Below are positions 1 to 10,600 of a DNA stretch of 64,000 bases, in pieces. Source of the DNA: a virus; IMG/VR virus record IMGVR_UViG_3300027608_000016, positions 32,001 through 96,000 of that record. One strand, written 5' to 3'. The first letter of the stretch is position 1; each line of letters opens with the position of its first letter. Made by a program: the position numbers and the translations under genes. Under the pieces are notes generated by a model that was given only the letters and a program-made list of their open reading frames with translations, made no database searches and was not told the origin of the DNA.

Positions 1-864
1 TACTATCCTACAATCATCATATAAATATATCAAATTGGCATTATTGATATAAGATGCAAATATAGAAAAATTGGAATGAACTTGTGAAAGTATTATATTT
101 TGGCTATTAGCAAGAATATATAGGTCAACATAGGTTTTTTCCATCGGAGTGCAATCCTTTATATGTGGAATGTGGTTTTTGTATTTGTTATGATACAAAT
201 CTATTTCTTCTTGATCATCCGAAGAAAAATATATATACTCTTCATGTTTGCACAATTTATCTATCGCCTCTTGCGTTCTCGTATTTAAATCTAAAAGATT
301 TTCATATTTTATATTGGTTTTATTGTCCGCTAGAGCACTTATTTTATCAGTTCGCCTTAAATGCACTGATGCATAAGGTTTCGGAACATCTCTAACCAAA
401 TTCAACATTCTGTCTGTTGGGGTAAACTCCCTCATAGTTTCAATAAAAATATTTTCAAATTCTTCGAAACTGCACATATTTGTCAAATGAGTCATTTGAA
501 ATTCTTTAGGTGAAGACATTCCCCCAAGACCAGCCCAAAAATGGTATCTCGTTGATAACGAGGCTATAGGTATTATAGGCTCGTTTATTTTCACGTTTTT
601 CGGCAGATTGAAGTATTGCGTGAAATTTTCAAATCTATAGTCTTCATATCTAACTCTGTCCCATTTTTTAAAAACTCCATCTCTTTGATGATACATAGGT
701 TCTCCAATAGAACCTATTGTAAATGGACAATCCTTCCAATTAAAATATAAATCAGCATTTAGATGTTTGGCCAAGGCTGAAAGCAGCATAGTATCTAACA
801 ACCTATCACCTAAACAGGTATTAGAAGACACTTCATCGGGCCAAATTAAAATTTTATCTTTCAT
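1..864 (-). CDS. Fucosyltransferase-like (GT11/NodZ-type) protein, runs off window edge
   Basis: Manual translation MKDKILIWPD...LGDRLLD...SVHLRRTDK...FSSDD...DLYLLANS..SNFSIFA; HxRxTD GDP-fucose motif; TTGACT-N16-TAAAAT upstream. Confidence 0.6.
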   Translation of the reverse strand, partial: MKDKILIWPDEVSSNTCLGDRLLDTMLLSALAKHLNADLYFNWKDCPFTIGSIGEPMYHQRDGVFKKWDRVRYEDYRFENFTQYFNLPKNVKINEPIIPIASLSTRYHFWAGLGGMSSPKEFQMTHLTNMCSFEEFENIFIETMREFTPTDRMLNLVRDVPKPYASVHLRRTDKISALADNKTNIKYENLLDLNTRTQEAIDKLCKHEEYIYFSSDDQEEIDLYHNKYKNHIPHIKDCTPMEKTYVDLYILANSQNIILSQVHSNFSIFASYINNANLIYLYDDCRIV

Positions 865-927
865 CTTTTATATTTTATATTTTATCACATATACCATGAA
901 AGTCAACAAACTCCAAAACAATTAACA

Positions 928-1593
928 TCAAGAATTTCTGATTAGCTCTTGTCTATATGTTTCATTTTTATCGTTGGTCAATCTTTCAATATTGTTAATT
1001 ACAATTCTATTAACGTTTCCTAGTGATTTGGCCCCTATATATATTTCAGCAGATTTTTCACATATCTCTGTCGCTATAACACATTCATTAATAGTAGAGG
1101 CTGCACAAATTATACCATGATTCTTCAATAGAATCAGTTTTGGAAAAACGCCTTCAATTCTAGTATATTGGTCAACACTTGATATAATCTCCTCAAGCAG
1201 TTCTATTCCCGGATTGGCATAATTCACAACACAAGATGTTTTCCCATTAAAAACTATTTGATCTGGAAATAACCTAATCTGTGAAAAGTTTTCTACGCAA
1301 GAACTACACAAAATTTTTAACGTATTAACAGGATGTGTATGAGCTACATAATTAATATTATTTTGACTCAAAAGCCACTTATGAAAGCCTAATTCGATAC
1401 TAGGCTTTTTACTATCTTTTCTGGTGGGGATTCCGTCTAGATCACATTCTGTCAAGTCTTTTAAAGATAGATTTCTAAGGTCTGTCCCACTAGCTTTTAT
1501 TATTATCTTATCTCCTATGCTGGCTGAAATATTTCCCTCTACACCAACAACAAACGGAGAAAGCCTTTTTGAAAAATTTATTAATTCGTCCAT
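928..1593 (-). CDS. Class II aldolase/adducin family protein
   Basis: EGNIS, IKASG, KPSIE..FH, HTHP, LLKNHGII motifs. Confidence 0.85.
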   Translation of the reverse strand: MDELINFSKRLSPFVVGVEGNISASIGDKIIIKASGTDLRNLSLKDLTECDLDGIPTRKDSKKPSIELGFHKWLLSQNNINYVAHTHPVNTLKILCSSCVENFSQIRLFPDQIVFNGKTSCVVNYANPGIELLEEIISSVDQYTRIEGVFPKLILLKNHGIICAASTINECVIATEICEKSAEIYIGAKSLGNVNRIVINNIERLTNDKNETYRQELIRNS

Positions 1594-2045
1594 ATAGTAT
1601 TTGCAATGTTAACGAAATCTGTGCATATTCCTCCAGCTTCATACAGATTACCATCGTGAATAGAAGATTCTGTTAATAAAGGTATTATACATTTATTATT
1701 TACTGCATATGACAATTCATGAACCCAAATAAACCCATTGCTTATTACAGTATAAGGATCATTAGCATGACAAAAGTAGGTTATTTTTTCGTCCACGTTG
1801 CTTAACGCTATCGCAGATTCTAAATCCTTGCAATGAAACCATAGCAAGTTCTTTCTTTTTTTAATCCAAGTATCAGACACTTCAAAAGTCGCAAAGTCGT
1901 GGCCCAACCAAAAAGAACCTTTGATATATCTTATATCAACTTCAACCTCATAACCAGACGATATAGCAGAATCTATATATGATGGAGCGTTTTCTCGATC
2001 TATTTTTCTCCCTGTGATATTACCTCTATGTGATATTATTTTCAT
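1581..2045 (-). CDS. PLC/GDPD-like phosphodiesterase
   Basis: IISHRGN, ENAP, VEVD, LGHD, HCK, ICTD motifs. Confidence 0.65.
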   Translation of the reverse strand: MKIISHRGNITGRKIDRENAPSYIDSAISSGYEVEVDIRYIKGSFWLGHDFATFEVSDTWIKKRKNLLWFHCKDLESAIALSNVDEKITYFCHANDPYTVISNGFIWVHELSYAVNNKCIIPLLTESSIHDGNLYEAGGICTDFVNIANTIWTN

Positions 2046-2335
2046 ATCTCTTCTATTCTTTTTGTTTTATCGTCTATAAACATATCGTAAAATGGCTTTG
2101 TGACATTGAGTTCATTGTGTTTCGCTCCCCATTCTATCAACTGTTTTTTCGTTAAATCATACCAGTTTATTTGTGTTTTACTTCCGCGAGCAGTCCAATA
2201 TACAATAGTATGTCCTTCGTCATATAATTTGTTTATTTTTTCTATGTTTTCTTTTATGGGAACTGCTTTACTATAATCTCTTGGTTGTGGAGTATTGCAA
2301 ATAGTCTCGTCTATATCTACATATATAACTTTCAT
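2042..2335 (-). CDS. HAD-family (capsule biosynthesis type) phosphatase
   Basis: VDIDETIC, WTARG, KP..D.FIDDK. Confidence 0.8.
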   Translation of the reverse strand: MKVIYVDIDETICNTPQPRDYSKAVPIKENIEKINKLYDEGHTIVYWTARGSKTQINWYDLTKKQLIEWGAKHNELNVTKPFYDMFIDDKTKRIEEI

Positions 2336-2336
2336 G

Positions 2337-3071
2337 TTAAAATCCTTTTTTGATAATATATGCAGTTGGTGCTATCCAATCTGTAGATATTAAACTGTAT
2401 TCAATTTGTCTCTCTTTTAAAAACCTTTCAACGCCAACACTTTCACTGAATTTATGATACTCATATTCGTCGAACAATATTGCTCCACCCGGCAAAACCC
2501 TATCCCATAAGTGAGTCAACGTGTTATATGTCGGTCTATCCAAGTCTACGTCTATATATAACAAAGATATTCTAAATCCGGGATTATCATGTAGAAACAT
2601 AGGAAGACTTGCCTCTACATCTCCTTTCACTAACTTGTATTTATCTTCTGGAATTCCAGCTTTAGACAACCTATCTTTAACAGATTCCAAAGTGAGATCG
2701 TTAGCATCCACTCTGTCATACACTACTTTCATGTTTTCTTTGTCTTTAACTGCATCTCTATCCAAAATATTTTCTGCTTCTACAGTATTGAAAATATCAA
2801 AACCTATAACCTTTTTATTCGAGTTTCCACAATAAACCTCTATAAATTTAGAGAAACTAGCTACACCAGAACCTTTAAACACTCCAACCTCTACGATATC
2901 TCCCGGAAGATGTTTAGTCTTCATAAAAAATTCGAACCTGTGCAACATTTTTCCCAACAATTTAAGATCATCAGAAAAAATAAAACTGTTGAATTTATCG
3001 TAAATGTTTTGTCCTATATCGTTCAGCTTATTCTCGTTGCTTATCTTGTTTAAATGGTCTTCGTTATTCAT
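2337..3071 (-). CDS. TylF/MycF-family sugar O-methyltransferase
   Basis: PGDIVEVGVFKG, GFDIF, LLYIDVDL, GGAILFDEY. Confidence 0.85.
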   Translation of the reverse strand: MNNEDHLNKISNENKLNDIGQNIYDKFNSFIFSDDLKLLGKMLHRFEFFMKTKHLPGDIVEVGVFKGSGVASFSKFIEVYCGNSNKKVIGFDIFNTVEAENILDRDAVKDKENMKVVYDRVDANDLTLESVKDRLSKAGIPEDKYKLVKGDVEASLPMFLHDNPGFRISLLYIDVDLDRPTYNTLTHLWDRVLPGGAILFDEYEYHKFSESVGVERFLKERQIEYSLISTDWIAPTAYIIKKGF

Positions 3072-3106
3072 ATTATTGTAATACTGTCCTAATTATAACG
3101 TTGGCA

Positions 3107-4561
3107 TCATTTTTTCAACATGTTAATAATAGTAAAAGCAATATAATCGTAAAACGTGTATGTGTTGATATCTTTTTTCATGTCGAACAATTTCACCTTT
3201 TTATATTCAGAAAAACACAATTTAGTGTTTTTCTCCTGTTTTTCTATTGTAATAGGAACGTTTAACTGCACGAAAAATCTAATTATTTTATCGATATTGT
3301 ATTTATCGTCTATCGAAATTTCCAAACTCAAATCTTCAATTTTTTGTGGATTGTTTAAGTCTATTTCCTCACAAGAGAAAAACCTGACTATCACATCAGC
3401 ATAGTTTTTTTGTGGTGCTACATACAAATCGTAATCACTTTCTCTTTTTTTTATAGAATCTAAAACGTTGCCTATGGTATGTCCTCTCTCTTTCACATCT
3501 CTATTAATTTTCCACTTACTTCGCAACTTTCTATCAGTATCCATAAATATTTTAAGGTCATACACTGAATTTTGTTGTCCATATAAACTATGCAACCCAC
3601 ACACAATTAGATTGTCTGAAGGCGTTATTTGTTTTTTATCTGTAAACTTACCATTAGAATGATCGTAGTCTACTTGGTAAATATGATTTCCAATTTTTAA
3701 ATTGAATACGTCTTCTTGCATTTTAGTGATACAATTCGCATTTGGATTTAAGTGTGTGGTGTTCTCCCAATTTGTATCATTCCTCTCCCATTTATGATAT
3801 CTGTCACATTCTAAAACAAAAGAGTCATCAAACGCAGATTTTAATATATTACTTAAAGTGCTCTTACCAGAGCTAGAATCCCCACAAATAGCAAACGTAT
3901 TACACTTTGATAATATAAAACTATAATCGATATCAACCAATTTAAACTTTATATCAGAATTGTTCATATGATGGAACATAATAATTTCTGGTATATTGCC
4001 ATATTGTCTAATCAAGTTTTCTAAATTGTTATAAATACTGAAATATCTATCCATTGACTCTGATGTTCCAAACGCTAATGCGTCACAAAGGTATGAATCT
4101 GATTTATCAGATAGTTTAACATGGTCTATTTTACTGTCTTTTGGTATTGTTATTACACTGAAATCTGTGCCATGAAAAATATTGTCTTTCAGATAAATAT
4201 CTGGTCTATATCTAATTACTAAATCGTATTTTTCTTTTGATGCTGATTCATTCAATTTTTTAATCTCGTTCAGCTTAAACAACTTCAACCAGTGGTTTAT
4301 CAAACCATTCGTTTTCTTATTCTCATGTGCTTTTATATTGGATTCTATCACAATAGAAACAGGGTTTAAACACGATTTAACGTTGTCTATAACCTCATTT
4401 TCTTTTATGAGGTTTAAATATCTATCTTCTGAGTTTTCATCTGTGGTAATGTGAAGATATGTATCAACATTGTCGAATACAGTTCGCAATTGTTCGTTTA
4501 ACCGTGTCAGGTTTATATCATAACTACGTAAATACCCTGCAATTAATAATGCTACCTTCAT
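3107..4561 (-). CDS. Fusion of glycosyltransferase-like N-domain and phosphoribulokinase/uridine kinase domain
   Basis: N-term KVALLIAGYLRS...YDLVIRYRPD...DALAFG; C-term ICGDSSSGKST, CDRYHKWER, YDHSNGKF, GLH, RDVKERG. Confidence 0.75.
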   Translation of the reverse strand: MKVALLIAGYLRSYDINLTRLNEQLRTVFDNVDTYLHITTDENSEDRYLNLIKENEVIDNVKSCLNPVSIVIESNIKAHENKKTNGLINHWLKLFKLNEIKKLNESASKEKYDLVIRYRPDIYLKDNIFHGTDFSVITIPKDSKIDHVKLSDKSDSYLCDALAFGTSESMDRYFSIYNNLENLIRQYGNIPEIIMFHHMNNSDIKFKLVDIDYSFILSKCNTFAICGDSSSGKSTLSNILKSAFDDSFVLECDRYHKWERNDTNWENTTHLNPNANCITKMQEDVFNLKIGNHIYQVDYDHSNGKFTDKKQITPSDNLIVCGLHSLYGQQNSVYDLKIFMDTDRKLRSKWKINRDVKERGHTIGNVLDSIKKRESDYDLYVAPQKNYADVIVRFFSCEEIDLNNPQKIEDLSLEISIDDKYNIDKIIRFFVQLNVPITIEKQEKNTKLCFSEYKKVKLFDMKKDINTYTFYDYIAFTIINMLKK

Positions 4562-4563
4562 GT

Positions 4564-5403
4564 TTATTTCATCAGCTTCCAGTTTTTAAGAGTTTTAGGG
4601 TATAAGAACATATTATCATGTCCACGTTTGCAATAAACCCTAACCTCTTTACCGTCAAATATATTACATTTAGCATCAAGCTGGTAATACGCGCAACCCC
4701 AAATAGAGTCTACGAAATGAACCTCTTTGGCATTTTGTAATATTAAGACATAATCTAATATCTTATCAGACAATAAATTTAAATTGACGTATGTATGTTC
4801 TGGAACATATTCAAAATCTATCTTTGTATCGACATGATGATTTCCCCTAACACTATTGTTATTATCATCATGATACAATACGTAATTTTTTCCGTGTTTA
4901 GCAGTAAAGTCATGGTAAAGACTTTGCTCTAATTCATTGTTTCTAACAAGTTCGAATTTATCTATTCTATTATTGAATTCTATATCATAATATTCATAGA
5001 ATGCTTCTGAGAAATGAACTGTTTGCTGTTTTACGATATCAGTTCTAGACCAATAATCTTTATATATATCTCTTCTGTATTTGTCGTGTTCACCATGAAA
5101 GCATATGTCATATGTCGATGGAATCAATATAGTGTTGTCGTGTAGTGTTACTTCTTCACCTTGGTATGCAGTGTTGATTTGCCCGTAAAACCTGCCATTA
5201 TCTGTAGGTATGTATAAAATACTAACACCGACTAAATTTTTAATGTAATAATCAACTATTCCACTAGCGTCTGATCTTATTATGACTACAATTTCTTTAT
5301 ATATAGAATTATAATAATTAATCAGACCAAGACACATTATTATATCTGTCCATCCTTGGTGAAAATACACACAAGCTTTATCGTTTATTTTTTTATGTTT
5401 CAT
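4564..5403 (-). CDS. Putative glycosyltransferase-like protein
   Basis: HQGWTDII..GL and NAKEVHFVDS resemble GT9/GT-B-like phage proteins; island context. Confidence 0.45.
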   Translation of the reverse strand: MKHKKINDKACVYFHQGWTDIIMCLGLINYYNSIYKEIVVIIRSDASGIVDYYIKNLVGVSILYIPTDNGRFYGQINTAYQGEEVTLHDNTILIPSTYDICFHGEHDKYRRDIYKDYWSRTDIVKQQTVHFSEAFYEYYDIEFNNRIDKFELVRNNELEQSLYHDFTAKHGKNYVLYHDDNNNSVRGNHHVDTKIDFEYVPEHTYVNLNLLSDKILDYVLILQNAKEVHFVDSIWGCAYYQLDAKCNIFDGKEVRVYCKRGHDNMFLYPKTLKNWKLMK

Positions 5404-6158
5404 TCTGTAGTCCTTTCGTTTTTGCACTGTGATATTTTACAAAAAAATGATTTAACGTCCTTGTAACATTGATGTGTTTCGTGACATGTGAAAAAGTTTA
5501 CTCCATCTACAGTATACATGTTGTCTTTATCTATGGATACACTGGAATTATTGTTCAGATAGTATAATATATTACCCAAATACCTCTCAGATGCTTCACT
5601 TTCTCTACGTGTAGTAATTTTTATATTTTTAAGGATTTCATATAATATGTTTACTGCCTTTTTAGACACGAACAGAGAATTACACCAACACATTTTAGCA
5701 TCTGGAGTGTTTGCAATGTTAAGTGCTTCAAGCATTGCCATTCTTTCATATATGAAATGTTCGTCATTTGGAATGTTAGCTATCGATCCAGCTAAAACGT
5801 TACCGTCTTTTAAAATGTTAAAATCAAACCTGTTTTTTAATATAAACGTGTCTTGAACTAATATTACATAATCATACGCTTCCAGTAAAAGATTGTCGTT
5901 TAAATGTTTCAATCCAAAATTATATCCACCGATTTCAAATTTTCCATCGGATTCGTTTGTGATAAGTGTGATGTTTGGATATTCTGCTGATATGCCTAAA
6001 GCAACACTTAAATCCGTTGAGTTGTTGTCTACTATAATCACCTTAGAGTTCCCATAAAAGGATGTAATATTATCAATATAGTATTTTAGATATGATTCAT
6101 ATCCTTTAACGTGCCTATGACATATTATAAAACATAATGTTGGGTCTATTTTTTCCAT
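5400..6158 (-). CDS. GT2-like glycosyltransferase
   Basis: IIVDNNS, FEIGGY, LVQD, ASERYLG. Confidence 0.55.
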   Translation of the reverse strand: MEKIDPTLCFIICHRHVKGYESYLKYYIDNITSFYGNSKVIIVDNNSTDLSVALGISAEYPNITLITNESDGKFEIGGYNFGLKHLNDNLLLEAYDYVILVQDTFILKNRFDFNILKDGNVLAGSIANIPNDEHFIYERMAMLEALNIANTPDAKMCWCNSLFVSKKAVNILYEILKNIKITTRRESEASERYLGNILYYLNNNSSVSIDKDNMYTVDGVNFFTCHETHQCYKDVKSFFCKISQCKNERTTE

Positions 6159-6940
6159 TTTTTCGATTGTGTTAAATTATATTTATCGACGATATTTCTA
6201 TATTCAACTTTAACATCGTTGTATGATTGCCCATAGTCTGTCGTAGACTCGTCATTTAACGTTAGAAAATTACCACTGTGGCTTATATGTAAAAATTTGA
6301 ATTGGTTCATACAATTATAATAACCGCAAAATTTCTTATTTTTAGAATAAATTCCCAATATGGCGAATTTTGCACAATAATTTTGCACTTCCATACGTTC
6401 AATAGTTCTATAAGTTTCATCTTTGAAGGATTCCATTATTTCCAATAACGATGAACGCTTCCAAATAGAGGGATTAACATTATAAATTACATTATTTGGA
6501 TTATTATGTCGTGATAAATATATAACATCGGGTTCAACACAATCAACTTGCGTGACTTTCTCCGATACAACATCTATCAATCTTTTTTCGTTTTGAGGAA
6601 CATTAGAAAGCTTTAAATCTATTTTATCCACAGTATTTTTCCGAGAGAATTCAATCAACTTATCTATGAATAATAAGTCTACGTTTATTATTATATCTAT
6701 ATCATGAATGAAAACTATGTAATCGTCATCTATATGTTTAAGACATTTAAGTATCCTAGTAGCATAACTATCAGTATTGTCGTAAAATATTACTTTATTA
6801 TATTTTTCATATAATGCTTTCAAATCCATATCATTCTCATCAATAAATAAAGTGGCATTATTTATTCCTGTGATATGATCTGTTTGTATTTTTAAAATGT
6901 CTAAATAGTCCGTGTTGCTATAAATAACGTAATTTGTCAT
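6146..6940 (-). CDS. GT-A-like hypothetical protein
   Basis: YATRIL, FIHDID, YNVNPSIW; island context. Confidence 0.5.
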   Translation of the reverse strand: MTNYVIYSNTDYLDILKIQTDHITGINNATLFIDENDMDLKALYEKYNKVIFYDNTDSYATRILKCLKHIDDDYIVFIHDIDIIINVDLLFIDKLIEFSRKNTVDKIDLKLSNVPQNEKRLIDVVSEKVTQVDCVEPDVIYLSRHNNPNNVIYNVNPSIWKRSSLLEIMESFKDETYRTIERMEVQNYCAKFAILGIYSKNKKFCGYYNCMNQFKFLHISHSGNFLTLNDESTTDYGQSYNDVKVEYRNIVDKYNLTQSKKWKK

Positions 6941-6941
6941 A

Positions 6942-8156
6942 TCATATTATATCACGAAATTTTTCAATGTCTATTTTCCATTCAGAATTTAATCCATTGT
7001 CAAGGGGTTCGCAGTTGTTTATATCAACTCTTTTAGTTTTGTAAGAGTGATCATTTTTCCATCCTGCTATTGCAGTGTCACTATATGCAATAACTGCAAT
7101 ATTTCTATCGAGTTCTATTATTTCTCCTATCGTATCGCCTACTTTGACTCGCATATAAAGTTTAAATTTGGCGTTTTCAGTATGATATGTGAAATCAAAC
7201 GGGACATGTTTTACGTTTTTAAAGGTGTGTTCAAATCTTTTATTCACATTTAAAAATTCTGGTGAATTTATAGATACAAGCTTGCACTTTTCATTTGAAA
7301 ACAGAACATTGCACAACCCCCCACCTATTGCACCAACAACAGTTTCAGCATTCATAAAGTATGAAAGTTTTTCCATCGTGCTCATATTTTCCGTGAATAT
7401 TTCAACGAAACCACGAGTTTTTAAATATTCTACTAACTCGTTTTCGTTCTGCATTTTGCGTCTTGTTGTATAATTCGTTCCAATGTTTGAATAATCTGCA
7501 TGTATCCAACTTCTTCTGGACACATAAATCTTATTGGGGGTAGACTGGATAGGGGATATTTTATTTGTTATATCTCTGAATAATTCATATACTTCTTCTC
7601 TTGGTGGAAGATTTGAATCTATATCATGGGTATAAGAGTTAGAAACGTAAACATTAGAATATTTTGTATCACTATCTACGAATAACATATCGTTTTCAGC
7701 TATCCCTAACATTGCCAAAAATTCTGTCACGAATTTATATAAAGATGATTTACTGGAATCTGAATGATTTATCAGGAGTTTTAGTTCGGGTATGTCTTTT
7801 TTAACCTTAAAATAAGAAATTAGATAAGGTAATGTATCATATATAAAATGAAAATAATTGTCAATGTTATACATAAAGAAGAATACTGGATTTCTTTCTG
7901 TCTTTGTATATTTCGGAACTTCTACCCCCTTTAAAGGTTTGTGCTCTACGTTTTTTAAGGACATGACAATCTCGTTTATCAGTCTATACGATTCCAATGT
8001 TTCGTGTGAATATACTATAACATCTGGATAATAATAGAACTCCTTTAAAAAAACAGCATCTTTCACAGTATATATATTGATACTCCTACCATTACAATCC
8101 ATAGGATACAAATTATAGTGTTCCTTTACTTCGTGTAATTTTTTAACTATGTCCAT
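6942..8156 (-). CDS. GT61 (DUF563) glycosyltransferase
   Basis: NYFHF.YD.LP, KIYVSRR, RR...NE, AE.VVG..GGGL.N. Confidence 0.8.
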   Translation of the reverse strand: MDIVKKLHEVKEHYNLYPMDCNGRSINIYTVKDAVFLKEFYYYPDVIVYSHETLESYRLINEIVMSLKNVEHKPLKGVEVPKYTKTERNPVFFFMYNIDNYFHFIYDTLPYLISYFKVKKDIPELKLLINHSDSSKSSLYKFVTEFLAMLGIAENDMLFVDSDTKYSNVYVSNSYTHDIDSNLPPREEVYELFRDITNKISPIQSTPNKIYVSRRSWIHADYSNIGTNYTTRRKMQNENELVEYLKTRGFVEIFTENMSTMEKLSYFMNAETVVGAIGGGLCNVLFSNEKCKLVSINSPEFLNVNKRFEHTFKNVKHVPFDFTYHTENAKFKLYMRVKVGDTIGEIIELDRNIAVIAYSDTAIAGWKNDHSYKTKRVDINNCEPLDNGLNSEWKIDIEKFRDII

Positions 8157-8947
8157 ATATTATTACGATATTGATGCACACCATCAGAATTATTTCTATA
8201 TAAAACTGTCCAAATTCCACAGTTTCCAGTATGTGTTATTATGAACTTACATTTAGATATTATTTTAGTGACGCTTAATATTCTAACTGCAAATTCTGGT
8301 CTATGATTGACATCGATTAATTTATGCATGACCAATTCACAATTCTTTGAGATGACGGGCAGTTCATCCATGAAAAAACAATTATTGAAGTTTTTACAGA
8401 ACTCCTCTCTAAATTCCAATTCATCTGTTTGCACGAAAAATTTACAGTTTTTGTTTATTTCTCGTATCTCTTTACATTTATCGAAAAATTCATCGTAAGA
8501 TGCTATTGTCGTCTCTTTACACTTATCATTGCCCCTATAATATACCGCAACTGTGTTTTCGTAATCTATGCTGTATTTAGTCTCTAAATGTTTAACATAT
8601 TCTTCAACTCTTTCACTAGTAGTGAAATATTTTTCTATGAATGGTGCCAATGATTTATAATCTATGTTTCTATATTCTGAAAATTGATCGTCGTGATGAT
8701 ATTTAACTGCTTCTACATACTCTATATTAACGTCATCACGAATAGTGTATAAATAGTTCTCTATATTGTATATATCACTGGATTTATAAGAATTAAGTTG
8801 ATTAGAACTGTCCACGGAAACTGGAATTTTTCCATGTTCATTGAAATATGAAATAATCTCAGACAGTTTTACAGAACAGCATGAAAAAAATCCTGCATTG
8901 TGTGTAACAATTAATTTTCCGTCTTGTATGTAACTATGTCCCCCCAT
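8147..8947 (-). CDS. NodZ/GT23-like fucosyltransferase
   Basis: AGFFS, YYRGNDK, FVQTDE, SKCKF..TGN. Confidence 0.65.
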   Translation of the reverse strand: MGGHSYIQDGKLIVTHNAGFFSCCSVKLSEIISYFNEHGKIPVSVDSSNQLNSYKSSDIYNIENYLYTIRDDVNIEYVEAVKYHHDDQFSEYRNIDYKSLAPFIEKYFTTSERVEEYVKHLETKYSIDYENTVAVYYRGNDKCKETTIASYDEFFDKCKEIREINKNCKFFVQTDELEFREEFCKNFNNCFFMDELPVISKNCELVMHKLIDVNHRPEFAVRILSVTKIISKCKFIITHTGNCGIWTVLYRNNSDGVHQYRNNIWT

Positions 8948-8948
8948 T

Positions 8949-9752
8949 TTATTTTTTGTTATAATTTGCTATTATTTTATTGTGTATTCTTTCCTTAATG
9001 GGAAAGTATGAAAAAGCTCTGCTGTAATTATCCATTATAGCTTCACGTTTAGAGTTGAATAGTTCAGGTGTTAGTGTATTACATGTGCTAATCAATTCAT
9101 CAATGGTATTCACCGTTATTATCCCATCCATATTGAAATAATCACCTATATTAGGACATCCATAGTATATAGGAACAGTTTTACAATGAAAGCAATCTAT
9201 AATCTTCTCTGAAAAATAATTAATCTCCACAGAATTCTCCATACTTATCGAGAACATAGACTTGAAAAGTGGCAGTTTTTCTTCTAGTTTATCCATCGTA
9301 AACGGAAGTTTTCTGTTTTCGTCTATTACTGTTATGTTAGAACTGAAAAACATTTTAGGTGTGTTTATCTCGTTTTGTCTATCCCATAATTCTTTCCTGA
9401 TTCCATATTTCAAATTAGGATTTACGTGCGCTGAACACAAAAAAGATACTGAGAAATTTTTAATATCTATTGAACTATTCGGTTTAACCCATGTATCACC
9501 AAATAGGAAAAGTTCAGCATTGTCACAATTATGGAGTATTTCTGGCGTTTTCGTTAAAATTAAATCGAAGTATTTATGCCTATCTATTATGTCTTGTATC
9601 GGTTGACACGACGAATTTGGTTCCGTTGAATTTATAAACACTTTATACCTGTCTATATCTTTGTATTTGATATGTATGTCATGATCGAATCTTGGACAAT
9701 GTATCTCACAAGGGAACGGCAGTCCTTCATGTAATCCTGCTAACGTGTTCAT
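8949..9752 (-). CDS. GT10-family fucosyltransferase-like protein
   Basis: FSISMENS...YFSEKIIDCF...TVPIYYGCPNI. Confidence 0.8.
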   Translation of the reverse strand: MNTLAGLHEGLPFPCEIHCPRFDHDIHIKYKDIDRYKVFINSTEPNSSCQPIQDIIDRHKYFDLILTKTPEILHNCDNAELFLFGDTWVKPNSSIDIKNFSVSFLCSAHVNPNLKYGIRKELWDRQNEINTPKMFFSSNITVIDENRKLPFTMDKLEEKLPLFKSMFSISMENSVEINYFSEKIIDCFHCKTVPIYYGCPNIGDYFNMDGIITVNTIDELISTCNTLTPELFNSKREAIMDNYSRAFSYFPIKERIHNKIIANYNKK

Positions 9753-10597
9753 ATGTTGTCTAATGGTATATTGTTGCTAATATATGATATCCCGTTACTC
9801 ATTTGTTCCACTAGTATTTGTGTTTTGTGTGTCTCTGGTATTTCATGAAGATGTTTCGCGTCAGTATTGTGTATTTGCGTAGAATCTGAAAGTTGTTTAT
9901 ATAGAGACACTTGTATATTTTTCGTTGTCACTCGCCAATTAAATTTTTCCTCGTGGAATTTAATATTTCCCATATTTCCAGAATGTTTAGCGCATCTCCA
10001 TATATGATTGTCAGCAGGAAATACCATTCCGTTTTGTTCTATAGCATATGACAGTTTTTTAGCACCCGATCTAGTAACAATGTATCCCGCTGCGCCTTCA
10101 ACTAGTTCATCGAACTCTAAATCATTGCAAGGGACTTTAAGAGCGTCAGACAGTCCTTTAAACGATTCTTTCTGCTCATAGCTAGGTTTTATACATTGGC
10201 AACTTATAAGGTCTAAATTAGACAAGTCTAAGCGTTCCACAAACTTCAATAGTTCGTTTCCAGTAAATAAAGGTAGTGCATCATCTTCTAAAATTAAAAA
10301 ATACTCGTATTCGCTATTCAACAATTTTTTCCAAGCGATAAAATGGCTCAATAACACACCAATTTCGCCAACATTTGCCCATTTCCGTCCTCTGAAAGAA
10401 TCGGGAAATGGGTTATCAGAATTTACACCGATTTTATAATTTTCAAATTTAAACATGTAATCATCTCTAATAACATTATTTTTATTTGCGGCATTTAAAA
10501 ATTCGAAATTTATGCCTTGTTCATGTAAATATTTCCCTATAATAGGTCTTCTACTAGAATTTTCTATACTTATTATAACTGTTTGTATGGTTGTCAT
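9749..10597 (-). CDS. GT25-family glycosyltransferase
   Basis: GEIG..LSH..W, LILEDD, GAAGYIVT..GAKKL, PAD. Confidence 0.85.
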   Translation of the reverse strand: MTTIQTVIISIENSSRRPIIGKYLHEQGINFEFLNAANKNNVIRDDYMFKFENYKIGVNSDNPFPDSFRGRKWANVGEIGVLLSHFIAWKKLLNSEYEYFLILEDDALPLFTGNELLKFVERLDLSNLDLISCQCIKPSYEQKESFKGLSDALKVPCNDLEFDELVEGAAGYIVTRSGAKKLSYAIEQNGMVFPADNHIWRCAKHSGNMGNIKFHEEKFNWRVTTKNIQVSLYKQLSDSTQIHNTDAKHLHEIPETHKTQILVEQMSNGISYISNNIPLDNI

Positions 10598-10600
10598 GTC

